From Octopus sinensis (lineage: Eukaryota): a DNA stretch of 64,000 nt. The notes below the pieces were generated by a model. That model worked only from the letters and a program-made list of their open reading frames with translations. It was not told the DNA's origin and did no database searches. A program made the position numbers and the translations under genes. The DNA is taken from NCBI RefSeq assembly GCF_006345805.1, contig NC_043007.1, positions 33,108,001 to 33,172,000 on the forward strand, written 5' to 3'. How positions within the stretch are numbered: position 1 is the stretch's first letter; each line of letters begins with the position of its first letter. Positions 12,553 through 26,394 of this stretch are shown here, in pieces.

Positions 12553-13300
12553 AAGATAAGAAAATGGAGAAATACATCTAAATCAAATATCAATTACCAA
12601 ATACTCAATCACATACTTTATTAAACCACCACATAAGAGACTGTAGGGTTAAATATAAAAAGCAGAACAAATCAGTGTACATAAAGGAATGTACATAAAA
12701 AAGTGTACATAAAAGAGTAATGTTGTATAATAAGTAGAATATATATAATCTCCGAAGAGGCCTTGTGATATTTTTGTTAATGTCTCATTTATATCTATAT
12801 ATTGACCAACTATAAAGGGCTTAATATTGGTAAAATGAGACATAATTATCGACATGGCCGAAACAGCTGTAAGATCTAATTTATACTTATATTTATATTT
12901 ACTTGTATTTATATTCTCTTTTATATATATTCTACTTATTATACAACATTACTCTTTTATGTACACTTTTTTATGTACATTCCTTTATGTACACTGATTT
13001 GTTCTGCTTTTTATATTTAACCCTACAGTCTCTTATGTTGTGGTTTAATAAAGTATGTGATTGAGTATTATCCGGTAATTGATATTTGATTTAGATGTAT
13101 TTCTCCATTTTCTTATCTTGTATTAGTAATTTGTGGTAAATCATTTTACCTTTGCCCATATAATACAGTAAATGAATTGATTGCATAGCAATCATTAACA
13201 TTTATGTATTAACTTTGTTGGGTACTTCACTAGCAGTATATTGGATATATGTTATCCCATAGAGGGTTGCATTTACAACCCCTTTATCTCAATTTGTAAC
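12553..13300 (+). mobile_element. Penelope-like element end (pLTR) with ~195-bp inverted duplication
   Basis: 12553-12748 is the near-perfect reverse complement of 12921-13119. A hammerhead lies between the arms, and the element is embedded in (TA)n. Confidence 0.75.
12748..12875 (+). ncRNA. Type-I hammerhead ribozyme, CCGAAGA core, ~100-nt stem II
   Basis: atct-CCGAAGA-ggcc..atgtctcattt..aaatgagacat..ggcc-GAAA-cagctg-TA-agat. Confidence 0.72.
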
Positions 13301-13308
13301 TATATTAC

Positions 13309-13341
<33 letters not shown>

Positions 13342-13448
13342 CATATTTCTGTGTGTGCATGTGTGTGTTTGGGGGTGTGGGGGGTGATATCAAGAATTCA
13401 TAAACTTTCGAAAGGATCTTAAAAAATTGTTTTTGGGAATAGTGGATC

Positions 13449-13498
<50 letters not shown>

Positions 13499-13502
<4 letters not shown>

Positions 13503-13719
13503 AAATAATGTGACAGTTATTCGGTTGCTATAATAAAACTCCGAGTTTCGGCTGTCGGGGCGGAAATCTGCTCCGGCATCTCGTCAGTTATTAAGAGAAA
13601 ATATACCATTTTTGCTTTGTTTTAATAACTGACGAGATGCCGGAGCAGATTTCCGGCTCGTCATCCGAAAATCGGAGTTTTACTATGGCAACCGAATAAT
13701 TGTCACATATTATATTACA
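13499..13719. mobile_element. ~96-bp inverted repeat with a hammerhead-like motif in each arm
   Basis: 13499-13594 pairs with 13622-13719. aataa-CTGACGA..GAAA-ctcggag-TT-ttatt at 13532-13592(-), with a mismatched copy at 13624-13684(+). Confidence 0.7.
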
Positions 13720-13914
13720 GATAAATTCCTCTATTTACATAATATTGAGGTCTCGTTCTTTCTTTTGCTGTCATACTATTACTATTCATTTATATATATA
13801 TATATACACGCACATATATGTACACACATACACACATACACATACATTCTATGCTTCCAAAGTTTGTTTATAAAATGTTGCCTTCCAAAAGCTATTATTA
13901 TTTTGTGTTTAAAA

Positions 13915-14120
13915 GCGGCAGCTGGTAGAATTGTTCGCGCGCCGGATAAAAAGCTCAGCGTTTTTTCGCCCGTCACTCCGTTCTGAGTTCAAATTCCGCC
14001 TAGGTCAACTTTACCTTTTATCCTTTCAGGGTCGATAAAATAAGTACCAGTTGAACGATGTAATCAATTCATCCCCTCCTCCAAAATTCCTACCTTTGTG
14101 GCAAAATCTGAAACCATTAT
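13915..14120 (+). mobile_element. SINE family B, alternative tail
   Basis: Head gcggcagctggtagaa, family B body, tail cccctcctccaaaatt..ctttgtggc. Confidence 0.75.
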
Positions 14121-15594
14121 TATTTAGCGTCTAACTTGATTGTGATTGTTGTTAGCGGGCTGTTTAGTTTAGTGGTAGAGTATCTAAGGTGTACGAGTTC
14201 GACTCGCGTAGCCGTCTGTTGATAACTTTTCCCGTCTAATAAGAGTAAAATACCCAATCTTTCTGCTGATTTCACGGCAAAACTACGTTCGAAATTTACT
14301 TTCTTGTCTGTAAAATAAATAAATATATATATTCGCTTCCATCCCTTGTTAATTGACATAACGTAAACCGTATTTGCTTCGATTTAGAGTAGTGTAACAG
14401 TAATACTTCCATTAGAATACTAAATAAATTTAAACGATAGACAAGAAAACTGACAGTAAGTAAATTCAAATTGAAGTTAGATTCTTAAATAGCCACACGG
14501 AACAGACACTATGAAAATTGGAGGAAATAAAATCAAATATAAATGAAATTAACATAGACGGTTAAGGAAACAGAGCTTTAACGTAACAACACTGGAACAT
14601 TAAACTAAAAGCAGAGACGGATGATTTAGAAGTATAAAAGTGAAAGCAAATTATCTAGATCATGAATAATAATATCGGGAGTTCGGTTACATATAGATAT
14701 ATGTATTAATGAAGTAGCGAACGTCGTTATATAACATTAATAAAATATTTTAAAGACTGATGTTATCTATAGTTATTATACTATAATAAACTGTTCTGCT
14801 TATGTTCGTTCGTGTATCTGTATAGATCTTCACACGAGTAGGTTTATGGTATTAGTTAAATATTGAAGTGATTGAGTGCGGGAGTTAGTTTTCTTTAACA
14901 ATTAATGTCAATTCTGTTTTATTTTATTACGATAATTTTCTACGATAATTTTCGTATAATGTTCCTCGCTGTCATTTAAGACTCTGTATTGTAAGTCAGG
15001 TGTATTTTTCTATCACTTTTTCGTTATGGTGTTATATTTAGTATTTTAATAACATTTTGACGATGTACCAGAGTAAATAATCACATACTAAAACGACTTC
15101 AATTGACAGGTAAAGTTAACGAAGTCATATCCGTTTATGTATACCTACATTCACATACATACGTATGCACATAAACACACACAACCACGCGCGCACACAC
15201 ACATATACACACATATACATATCGTTTTTTTGTCACACGTTTAACTTTCCTTGTTTTTACCCCTCTGCGAAGTAATTTTATTTAATTCCTTCGCAGGAAG
15301 GACTAGTTCCACGAATCGTGTTCTGTCCTCACCTTCGAAACACGCTGGAGTTGAACTAGGGACAGCTGATGAAGGGGATTTTTCCTTGTGTAGTTTGTCT
15401 TGTACTCTGTTTTTTTCGTTTAGGTCCGTTTCCACGTTTGTTTTTACGTTTTCGTTTCTCGTTGAGTTCTACGTCTATTTGTGGTGTCCTGTACTCACGT
15501 ATATATATTTATATATGCATGTATATATACATGTAGATGTAGGTACGTACATATATGTATGTATGTATGCATATATTTTATTTATTACACTACA

Positions 15595-15642
<48 letters not shown>

Positions 15643-15644
<2 letters not shown>

Positions 15645-15998
15645 TTTTACACTTTTACTTGTTTCAGTCATTTGACTGCGGTCATGCTGCAGCAGCACCT
15701 TTAGTCGGGCAAATCGACCCCAGGACTTATTGTTTGGAAGCTAGTACTTATTCTATCGGTTTCTTTTGCCTAACCACTAAATTACGGGGACGTAAACACA
15801 CCACCATCGGTTGTCAAGCGTTGTTGGGGGAACAAACACAGACACACAAACATATATATACATATATACATTATATATATATATATTATATATATATATA
15901 TTATATATATATATACGACGGGCTTCTTTCAGTTTCCGTCTACCAAATCCACTCACAAGGCCTTGGTCGGCCCGAGGCTATAGTAGAAGACACTTGCC
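15643..15998 (-). mobile_element. SINE family A, 5'-truncated
   Basis: Matches 432-780. Confidence 0.88.
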
Positions 15999-16394
15999 TA
16001 TAGATATAGATATATAGATATATATGTACGTATATATGTGTATGTGAGAGAGAGAGAATGTGCGTGTGTGTACACATACATTCATATAAATGTCCGTAAA
16101 TGTATGTAAATGTATTATTTATGTATGTATACATAGATGTATGTATGCTCTCTCCTCTTTTTAATTATTAAAATTGTTCCTTTGACAAAGGAGTTGACTT
16201 CTGACAGAGAAACAAATCTCCGTCGTTGGATAACAAAAGGAATGTCATATCTTAAACTTGAGAAAATTCTTGCATATTTGCACTGTTCCACTTCTAGACT
16301 GTATCTATAATGTGTGAGTTAGCTGGTGGATTTCTTTTTCAAAAAATCCAAGCTTATCCAATCTGTCAGGTATTTACTCATAAAACCAAGATGG

Positions 16395-17260
16395 TGCTGG
16401 GATCATCCCGGGTTGGTGATCCCAAAGGCGTCATCGTACGTAGAGCCGACCGTGCCAGCCCCTCTGCTTCCTCCAAGATGAGATCAAGCCTCTGCAGTCT
16501 TCCTTAATCACGCCCAGCCATCTTGTGTGGCCTCTGCCACGGAGCCTCTTCCAGTCCTCTGTTGCTGCGTCGAATGAGAGTAAGGCCCTGATAGGATAAT
16601 CTGCTGGAAGGTGGAGGATATGACGGTACCAGCGCATGCGGCGGATAGCAACGAGTTGGGAGGCTGCAGGCCGATCCGTGCGCGCACATAATTCTTTGTT
16701 CTACACGTGATGGCACCTCCTGATGTTCTCGGTGATTCTCAGACGTTGTCGATCTTCTTTTCCAGGGGTTTCGTAAGGGGCCACTTTCCTGATCCATAGA
16801 GGAGAATGGAGAGGACCGACGCGTTGCAGATGCGGAGCTTCGTCTTACGGGAGATGGAACAGTGACGCTAAAGGGGCTTCCATACAGAGTACAGGAGCCC
16901 AGTGGCCAGACCTCATATATGTATTTCACTACTGCCCACAAGGGGCTAAACACAGAGGGGACAAACGGATTATGTCGATTACATCGACCCCAGGGCGTAA
17001 CTGGTACTTAATTTATCGACCCCGAAAGGATGAAAGGCAAAGTCGACCTCGGCGGAATTTGAACTCAGAACGTAACAGCAGACGAAATACGGCTACGCAT
17101 TTCGCCCGGCGTGCTAACCAGTCTGCCAGCTCGCCGCCTTATATATGGTTGATCTCGCCAGCTCGCCAGACCTCATATATGGTTGATCTCCGAGGTCAGG
17201 TCCCCACCGTTGGTGACTGTGGAACCCAAGCAGATGAAGGAGCTGACAAAAAGGATGAGA
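16395..17260 (-). mobile_element. RTE-clade LINE 3' fragment, interrupted by a SINE
   Basis: RWYRHILHLP..WKRLRGRGHTRWL (RW.GH..RGRP..RW motif), frameshifted. Confidence 0.75.
16922..17140 (-). mobile_element. SINE family B monomer
   Basis: Head ggcggcgagctggcagac. Flanked by an atatatg duplication. Confidence 0.88.
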
Positions 17261-17387
17261 TTACATTCATATGGCACGTAATTTGCATATATGATGCAAA
17301 AATGAGCTCAAAGAAATAACTCAATGCAGCCAGTTGCATTCATTTAATCAACAAGCAGAAGGACCCGGTCTCACTCATAGCCTTAAC

Positions 17388-17441
17388 ACAGACAGACAGA
17401 CAGTCAAAGAGACAGATAAAGAGACAGACAGACTTCTAGAC

Positions 17442-17509
<68 letters not shown>

Positions 17510-17521
17510 TTATAGACAGAC

Positions 17522-17590
<69 letters not shown>

Positions 17591-17610
17591 TAGATAGATA
17601 GATAGATAGG

Positions 17611-17677
<67 letters not shown>
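17388..17677. repeat. (GACA)/(GATA) microsatellite
   Basis: Direct sequence. Similar tracts at 18750-18950, 39160-39465, 44795-44887 and 51920-52690. Confidence 0.95.
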
Positions 17678-18535
17678 GTATAGTGGCATAACTACAGATG
17701 TGTACTCGCTTCCCGAGTTTTCCCATGCAACTTTCAGGAAAATGGATATCATTTAAAGAAATTTTACACAAATACCTTTCAACCGGCATAGATTACGATT
17801 ATAAAGAAATTTGTGGGTAACAAAATTTTTTCCGAGGTGGTGGAGAGAGGAGTTATAAAGAAACGGAGTTTCGAATCAGAAAGACTAAATATATTGCAAC
17901 CACTCCGATTTGATGGAGTGGGTTTTTTTTCTTTAACCACAGCCTTCAAAATGCATCTTTTTATGAAAAAAAGAATTTTGAAGTTTTTTTTTTTTTTTTT
18001 TGTTTGTTTTTTGTTTTGTAGAACTCTACCCCCTCATCATCCAATTCCGGACCAATTTTGGCCATTTTTTTTTTTTTTTTTGCATTTCATTTCAAGTCAT
18101 GGCAGGAGCCTTTTCGGTAAAAAAGATATCTTAAAAATTGTTAATTTTTTCAGAGGAAACCATATGGTTGGGAAGAAAGCTTCTTACCACATAGCCATAC
18201 ATCTATGTATGTATGTATGTATGTATGTATGTATGTATCCATCCATCAGTCTATCTATCTATCTTTCTATCTTTCTACGTATGCTTTCTGTTATATGGAA
18301 ACAAGGTAGAAATTTTGTGATCAGCTCGGCTTTCTTTCAACGTGTTACATACTCTATTATATAATCTCGTAACATTTATCCTATACATTTATAACATGTA
18401 GACAGCATTTACACTAATGTAGTGTAAACAAGACAGTAAAGAAAATATATAGATGTATAGAGTCCTGACAGTTGTATTTAAAGCTTTCCGCAACCGCATT
18501 ATGTGTGCAAGAGAAATCAGCCACTTAAATCAATG

Positions 18536-18587
<52 letters not shown>

Positions 18588-18762
18588 TATAATAATATAA
18601 TATATGCGTGCCTGTATGTATGCATGCGTGTATGTATATATATAAAACAATATGTCTACCAATCTATTACTCTCTCTCTCTCTTCTCTCTCTCTCTGGGT
18701 GTGGGTGTGTGTCTGTGCCGCGTGTGTGTGGTGCACATATATATATATATATAGATAGATAA

Positions 18763-18829
<67 letters not shown>

Positions 18830-18870
18830 CATAGATAGATACATAGATAGATAGATAGATAGATAGACAC

Positions 18871-18949
<79 letters not shown>

Positions 18950-19103
18950 CTTGGCCAGTTTAATATACCAACTTAATAATTGTGTAGTATTATGAAAAGA
19001 AACATATTTGCAAAAAAAATGAAGGCAATATATTAATTTATTCATATTCACGTCATCACTGCAATGTAAAATCATAAATGAGAGAGAGAGAAAGAGAGAG
19101 AGT

Positions 19104-19163
<60 letters not shown>

Positions 19164-19259
19164 GTGTGTGTATTGGGCTGAAATGTATAACAGCATAAAC
19201 AAATGCACAAACACACACACATAGACACATTCACACTCATGTATTTATGTACGTATTTA

Positions 19260-19410
19260 TGTGTGGTAAGAAGCTTGTTTCCCAACCACATGGTTCCGAG
19301 TTCAGTCCCACTGCGTGGCACCTTGGACAAATGTCTTCTACTATAGCCACGGGCCGACCAAAGACTTGTGAGTGGATTTGGTAGACGGAAACTGAAAGAA
19401 GCTCATTGTG

Positions 19411-19442
<32 letters not shown>

Positions 19443-19605
19443 TGTATGTATGTATATGTCTGTATGCATTTGTGTGTATGTGTGTATGTGAAACCGACGG
19501 AATAAATACTAGGCTTACAGAGACTTTATTTATGTAAGGCGCGGGCGTGGCTGTGTTGTAAGAAGCTTGTTCCCCAACCACATGATTCTGAGTTCAGTCC
19601 CCAGC
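19260..19605 (+). mobile_element. SINE family A fragments (19260-19405 and a head at 19537-19605)
   Basis: tgtggtaagaagcttg..ggttccgagttcagtcccactgcgtggcacc. Confidence 0.8.
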
Positions 19606-19619
19606 GTACATAATCTGGC

Positions 19620-22600
19620 ATGCTACAATAAAATGCATAGGGCAGACCATCCAGCCCTGGAGATTTGTCCCCGGTGTACTCAGCCAGCATCTCATTGACC
19701 TCCGCAGCCGTAATCGGTCCTCACAGCATTACGCCTCCAGTGCTGAGAGTCGCGGCCCGCCGTCGAGGAAGTCACTAAGGGGCTCCCCACGGTCCAGCCT
19801 GTCGCTCTCTCCGAACAACCGGGCGAAATGCTGGTGAAAAGGCTTTTGCATCTCCTCCTGTCCTTCCATAGAACGCCCATGTTCGTATGTTAAAGACTTG
19901 ATACAGGCTTCTCTGCCTCTCTGACTCTCCACACGACGTGCCCATCCGGCAACGTTAATACACTCTCTCCCCATTGCACGAAGTTTACCTCTAACCCTAC
20001 ACCCATCGTGACTGGCTTTGAGATGTCGGTACAAAACCGCTTTCGCCGCCACCACTCTGGATGCAGAGCCAGACACCATGGTTTATCTAATTCCTTAGTT
20101 AAAGCCCCTTCTATTCCAGTCTATCTAGACTTTACTGCTTGCTTATTCTAATAAACTCAGAACGAATGGCGCGTTTGAGGGCACACCACCACCTATTATT
20201 AATAATGGTGCCGGTTAATGCCCTCTGCACTTAATCCTTAACCCGGGCATAGAAGGTTCTAGAAGTCAAAATAGACTTGTTCATCTCCCAGTACCCTGGT
20301 CTCTGCCTATAACACTTAACTAAGTACACCCTACGCGTCACAAACTTGTTATCCGTGTAGGGGACACAACAAAAAGCGTGGACAACTAAACGTATTCCTA
20401 TCTCTATCCTATTGAATATCCTATCTATATAAGATCTGAGTGAACCGTCGTTATTAGTCCACGTCCACTGTGGAACGAACGGTTCACCTAGTCTATAACG
20501 GTCTACTAGATTATAGTTTTCTCGTAGCCTTTAGGGGCCAGGTTTTCCCCTTCTATCAGTTGAGCCAACACTATCCCAACGTGCAACTAGAGTTTTTGAC
20601 GTCATTAAGAAGTTCTCTAGGTCCCGGTAAAAGCCAGCCTGTCTACATTGTTTTGGTGCGTACAGAGCAACCAACCTGAAGGACTGTTTACTTACGTGTG
20701 TCACATCCAAATTGACCAGCCTACCTTCAGAAAGACTGTTTGCACTTCCAAGTTTTTTCCTGAATAAGACCGCTACTCCCTCTCCCGCCGACTAGGAGAA
20801 ATACATTTCTCGTAGCCATTTAGAAGGGGCGAGAACGCTTGTGGTCCGCTCAGCTTGGACTCCATTACAGCACACACATCTATATCTAGTGGCCTAAGGT
20901 CGTTCAGGAGACAAGTTTGTTTCCATTTCGACCCTAGGCCACGCGCAAATTTGCACCCTAGCTTAATCGCCATAGTATATCGTACTTACATTTTTAGTTT
21001 GGAGAGGAGCTGCACGAATTCAGCTTTCTACCCATCCTTTTCCTTCCGTGGTATAGCCACTGGACTCACCATAAAACTTTTGCCGGCCATCTCTTGGCTA
21101 ACGTACTTGATGTCATCGGAGTACTTACTTTTCAATTCTGTAAATAAGCCCACCTCCATCCTAGCAATCCTGATGTGAGGCGACATGTCTTTGCTAGCTT
21201 TGTATACTTGAGCTCTATAGTGAGCTCGAATAATTCTGGAGAGTGGTGGGTTGTTATCATTAAATGACACAATTTTGTTGTGTTTTGGGGTGGGATTGGG
21301 AAATGGGTTTTAAGCAGGGGATGGTGTGGGGAGTTTTTTCTTGTGTGTCTGTAGTAGCTTTCGATGTATTTTTTTTTGTATGAGGAGGGGAGTCTAGGGC
21401 TGAGGCCTTCTTTATTTTGGGGGATCTTACTGTTGTAAATTCCATTCTTCTGTGATTTGTGGTGTCTCTTGTCTTGTTTGTTTAATTTCTTTGTCGGTTT
21501 TTTTTTCTGTTGATTTCCTTTCTCCCCTTCGTTTTTTTTTTTGTTCCTGTTGGGAAGGGGCTTCACTCTTCTTTACATTCTGAGCGGACGTGACCTTTTT
21601 CGCCGCACATAAAGCAGCGCGGTGTCTGCCCCTCAATGCCAATTCTTACACTCAGCCCCTCCCCTTCGGGGACTTCCGGACTAGCTTGGACCACAATCTC
21701 AATGGTCTGTTCCTTCCAATTCTCCGCTTCCTTTTTTTTTGCATTTGTAAAATTATCATCCTCTGCTCCATGTCGCTATTTATATCACATCTAAGCCCGC
21801 CGGAATCTTCTCTACTTTAATTTTGGCAGATCGTTTACCCAAATACGTTGGTAACAATATTATCTCTTCGTAACTCAACGTCAGGGTAGACATCTCCTTT
21901 TCAGAGTTTCCGTCTGCGAATTGCGCCTCGACCGTGGCATTCCTTCTTCCACAGCCGACGCACTTTATTTTATTCCAAATTGGTGCTAGACATTTCTCTA
22001 TTATCTCGTTTTTACATGACATAATTGTTTTTCCTTAACACTGTATGTTTTATATACAACCGTTTTTGCTGCTATGTTTTGCACTATCTCTTGAGGATGG
22101 AGCAACTTTGTGTCATTCTCCGTTTACTTTACCAGATTTCTGCATTTAAACAGCTCGTCCATTGTTACGTCTAATATCACCATGTTGCAGCCGACCGCAA
22201 CCGAAATCTTGGTCTCTCCTTTTGCACGTGTTTTACAATATCATTTTCGTTTTCATTTAACTTTTCCATTTCAGGGAAATCCACTTTTGACATCAAATCG
22301 CAATCCATAACGAAAAGTTATTACCAAACAAATTCCTTCAAAAGAAATAAAATTTGACACAAAATTAAGTTTTTCAAAGATGTTTGAAAAAAAAAAAAAT
22401 TTTTTGCCAAAATAATGTTTTAACAAAATAAATTTTACCCTGTAAAGGGCAAAAATTGAAATCACTGTTCGCCAACAATATTCTAAATTTTCAGCCCCGC
22501 AGGGCGAAAATTACAGTCAACAGACTAACAACAGTTCAATCTTCGCAAGTGCAATAACAATAAAACATTAGATGAATATCAAATCTGAGCTCACAAACGC

Positions 22601-22625
22601 AGCAGCCAAAAGATCCAACACATAT
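19620..22625 (-). mobile_element. Tx1/L1-like LINE, 5' portion (5'UTR, decayed ORF1, ORF2 APE endonuclease to RT start)
   Basis: ORF2 start MAIKLGCKFARGL..DIDVCAVMESKL is an APE N-terminus. GKSPGLDG-like codons lie near 19650-19675. Lys-rich ORF1 remnants span 21030-22183. Confidence 0.75.
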
Positions 22626-23266
22626 GTAGTAGAGATGGAGTTGCCCGCTTCTGCTAGCTGTAGATACAAATATATAATTTTAAGCGACATACAGTCGTTG
22701 ATTTTGCAAGATGCAAAATATGCTCATTCTAAAATCTCTCTAAGAGATCAACGCAGTAGTTGTACTAACAAGTAGTGTTCGTAGCCACTTCAACATGGCT
22801 GTCCGTTCGAAGAGAATTTACTGCGAACTTTTAACCCCAAAGAGGACACCTCCTCTAGCTTGTTAACGATCCACAGCTGCATTCGAGACATTGCGAGCAG
22901 GGGAACGAATCTTTACCACCTTCTAGCGACGGAACCAGCTAAATTTAAGTAACTATGTTCCCTAACTGGCAAAATTCGCTGCAGAGAAATATTTTCTACA
23001 GAATTGTTTCCGGTATTTTAGCGCGCCAAAACGAAGACTTTTGAAAGATACATGTTCAATCTCATGCGGACGTCTCGTGTATTGTTCTTCAAATTATATT
23101 TGCAATGACGATCATACTGAGGAGCTACGGATAATTACGTAAGTAATTTGCGTAAGTGTTAATAGCGAAACTAGTTTATGATTAATTTATATTTTGTTTC
23201 TTTTCATTTGTCTTGCTCGCTTATGTTCTAGCGCTTGCTAAATTTTCTTGAGAACATTCCTTTCTT

Positions 23267-23386
23267 AGTGGTAAGACCATAGCGGATCTACTTCTAGCAT
23301 AATGGATCTCCACGTAGCGGTCATTCCTCTTATATGTATGTAATATTATTTTTCTGAATCCTCAGATTTTAATATACTAGACCACT
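23267..23386 (+). ncRNA. Unassigned five-helix structured RNA motif, instance 3
   Basis: agtggt/accact; agacc/ggatct; ctt; ctagcata/tatactag; gga/tcc followed by tctta; tctga/tcaga. Confidence 0.5.
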
Positions 23387-23439
23387 GGTTTTAAATTGTT
23401 ATTTATCAAATTAATATTCAATTTTCACCCTTATTATTT

Positions 23440-23498
<59 letters not shown>

Positions 23499-24373
23499 TA
23501 TATATACTATTTTAAATTTATATATATATATATATACATACATACATACATACACATGCACTCAACTATTTTTATAAATATACATATGCTTATACATATA
23601 TGTCTGTATGTATGTGCGTGCGTGTATATATGTGTGTGTATGTACGTACGTGTATACATATATATATATATATATATGCATGCTTTGTGCATGTATATAT
23701 ATGTATATATATATATATACATGCACAAAGCATGCATATGTATCATGCATAAAAGAAGATTATCGTATACAAAATATTACTGTATACATACATTGTGTGT
23801 ATATAAGCATGTGTGTATGCATGCACAAAAGCGGTCAGACACGTGTGGAGAAATAAATAAATAAATAAAGTGAGAGAGAGAGAGAGAGAAGAAGGGAGAG
23901 GGAGAGAAAGAAACGCAGACGAGAGTGCCATTATAGTCTCTAGGCAACCCAGCTCACCAGATTTTTCTGTATGCTTCACCTGTTGACACGCGCAAGTATT
24001 ATTTCTTATGCAACACGTAGATTTAAAAAGCACTATGCACGTGTTGTCGCAGTACACATGTCAACCGTCTGTCACATAGAGGTAAACAGTACTGCACAGG
24101 ACACGCTACTGCATAAACAGCAATCAAGATTCTACTCATATATAAACACCATGTCTCGTAGCCAATCGGCGAAAGCGTCATCGCACATTGCACATGTCTA
24201 TATGTCTATCTGTCTCTCTGCCTGTTTATTTGTCGATCTATCTATCTTTCTATCTATCTATTATTTATATATATATATGCATATATATGTGTGTGTGTGT
24301 GTGTGTGTGCGCACGTGCGTTGAGATATATGTGTGTGTGTGAAACAGACAGAGAGAGAGAGAGAGTGTGTGTG

Positions 24374-24412
<39 letters not shown>

Positions 24413-24416
24413 CATG

Positions 24417-24713
24417 CGGTGCAATGGCCCAGTGTAGGACAGCGGACTCGTGGTCGTAGGATCGCGATTTCGATTCCCAGACCGGGCGTCATGAGTGTTT
24501 ATTGAGCGAAAACACCTAAGGCTCCACGAGGCTCCGGCAGGGGATGGTGGCGATCCCTGCTGTACTCTTTCGCCACAACTTTCTCTCAGTCTTTCTTCTG
24601 TTGGCCTGCTCGCTTAGCCAGCGGGGTGGCGTCATTTGAAGGCTAAAACAATGCGAAGCGCATTGTGACTAGCGATGTTTAGCAACATCTGATAGCCTGG
24701 TCGGTCACGGTGA
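24417..24713 (+). mobile_element. tRNA-derived SINE family C, tail type 1
   Basis: Head gcaatggcccagtg..gcggactcgtggtcgtaggatcgcgatttcgattccc, shared with the copies at 49838 and 60431. Confidence 0.85.
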
Positions 24714-24764
24714 TATAAATATACATGTATGTGTATATACATAAATATATAAATATACATGTAT

Positions 24765-24832
<68 letters not shown>

Positions 24833-24989
24833 ATATATATACGTATACATACATATGTGTGTGTATTCGAATGTATACTTGTATTAGTTTCTGTGTTATC
24901 TGTTTTCAATATTTCTGGTTTTGTACCTAAAAAAGGATTATTAATTCACTCCGCAGGGCTCTTGGTTTCACTTGCTCCAGCTAATTCTG

Positions 24990-25214
24990 TTTGAGTTTAT
25001 AGTTTCTTTCCCGACTCATAAGGGCCAATTTCCCGGTTTTCATGGCGTATATACTACCCACTTGGACGAAACGGTGGTCCGTCGCAGCTGAGTGGACTGG
25101 AGCAACGTGAATTGAGGTGTTTGGTTCAAGAAAACAAGGCGTTGCGCGGTCCAAGAATTGAAACCACCATCTTACGATCACGAGTCCAACACTCTAACCA
25201 GTAAACCATGTGCC
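24990..25214 (-). mobile_element. tRNA-derived CORE-like SINE family D, diverged
   Basis: Head ggcacatggtttactggttagagtgttggactcg; body ttcacgttgctccagtccactcagctg. Confidence 0.7.
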
Positions 25215-25306
25215 TACAGCAATTCTGTATGAACGTGAACAACCTTTTATCAAGGATTTCAGACGGTCTCTTTCTCCACGATGCTTAACATCCAAACACA
25301 CACAAA

Positions 25307-25348
<42 letters not shown>

Positions 25349-25362
25349 TATACATATACATA

Positions 25363-25570
25363 CTCTACTCTTTTACTCTTTTACTTGTTTCAGTCATTTG
25401 ACTGCGGCCATGCTGGAGCACCGCCTTTAGTCGAGCAAATCGACCGCGGGACTTATTCTTTGTAAGCCCAGTACTTATTCTATCGGTCTCTTTTGCCGAA
25501 CTGCTAAGTGACGTAAACCCACCAGCATCGGTTGTCAAGCAATGCTAGGGGGACAAACACAGACACACAA

Positions 25571-25603
<33 letters not shown>

Positions 25604-25765
25604 CATATATACGATAGGCTTCTTTCAGTTTCCGTCTACCAAATCCACTCACAAGGCATTGGTCGGCCCGAGGCTATAGTAGAAGACACTTGCCCAAGAT
25701 GCCACGCAGTGGGACTGAACCTGGAACCATGTGGTTGGTTAGCAAGCTACTTACCACACAGCCAC
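25363..25765 (-). mobile_element. SINE family A
   Basis: Matches 432-861. Confidence 0.9.
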
Positions 25766-25804
25766 TATATATATATATATATATATACATAAATGTATAT
25801 ATGT

Positions 25805-25859
<55 letters not shown>

Positions 25860-25871
25860 AATATATATATA

Positions 25872-25908
<37 letters not shown>

Positions 25909-25934
25909 TATTTATATATGTATGTATGTATGTA

Positions 25935-26135
25935 TAGTTGAAATATATATATATTTGAAATTTACAGGAAACAAAAGACGAAAACAGGTGTATGAACAAC
26001 AAGCAGGTGTATTTGACGCTCGGGTGAAGGGAAATGTCATTTACGTTTTGAGCTTACGCTCTTCAACAGAGAGGAATAAGAGAAAATAGAGAGAGAATGA
26101 AAAAAACTAGTAGATTTAGCAGTCAAGCATGGCGA
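25935..26135 (-). mobile_element. Penelope-like end with a mutated hammerhead (26038-26073)
   Basis: Reverse complement ctctCTGTTGAagagcgtaagctcAAAAcgtaaatg. Homologous to 26395-26610. Confidence 0.6.
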
Positions 26136-26394
26136 ATGATTAAAAAACAAGTTTGAGAGAAGAGGTTCAAAGAAAGGGAGAGAATAATGTGTTGTGATCC
26201 CAAATGAAGGCGTGCATGCGTGTATGCGTATGTGAGAATGGTGTGTGTGAATGCGTGTGTGTTTGCGTTAAGAGAGGCTATTCTGACGTAAGTGTATGCG
26301 TGTGTAAGTGTGTTTGTGTGTGTAAATATATATGGATAAATATGTTTGTATATATATATATATATTTAGATATATATCTAGATATATATCCAGA

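Noticed and set aside
15332-15390. Type-II-like hammerhead (ccttcGAAA..CTGATGAagg)
   Set aside because: No UH cleavage triplet or stem III can be drawn.
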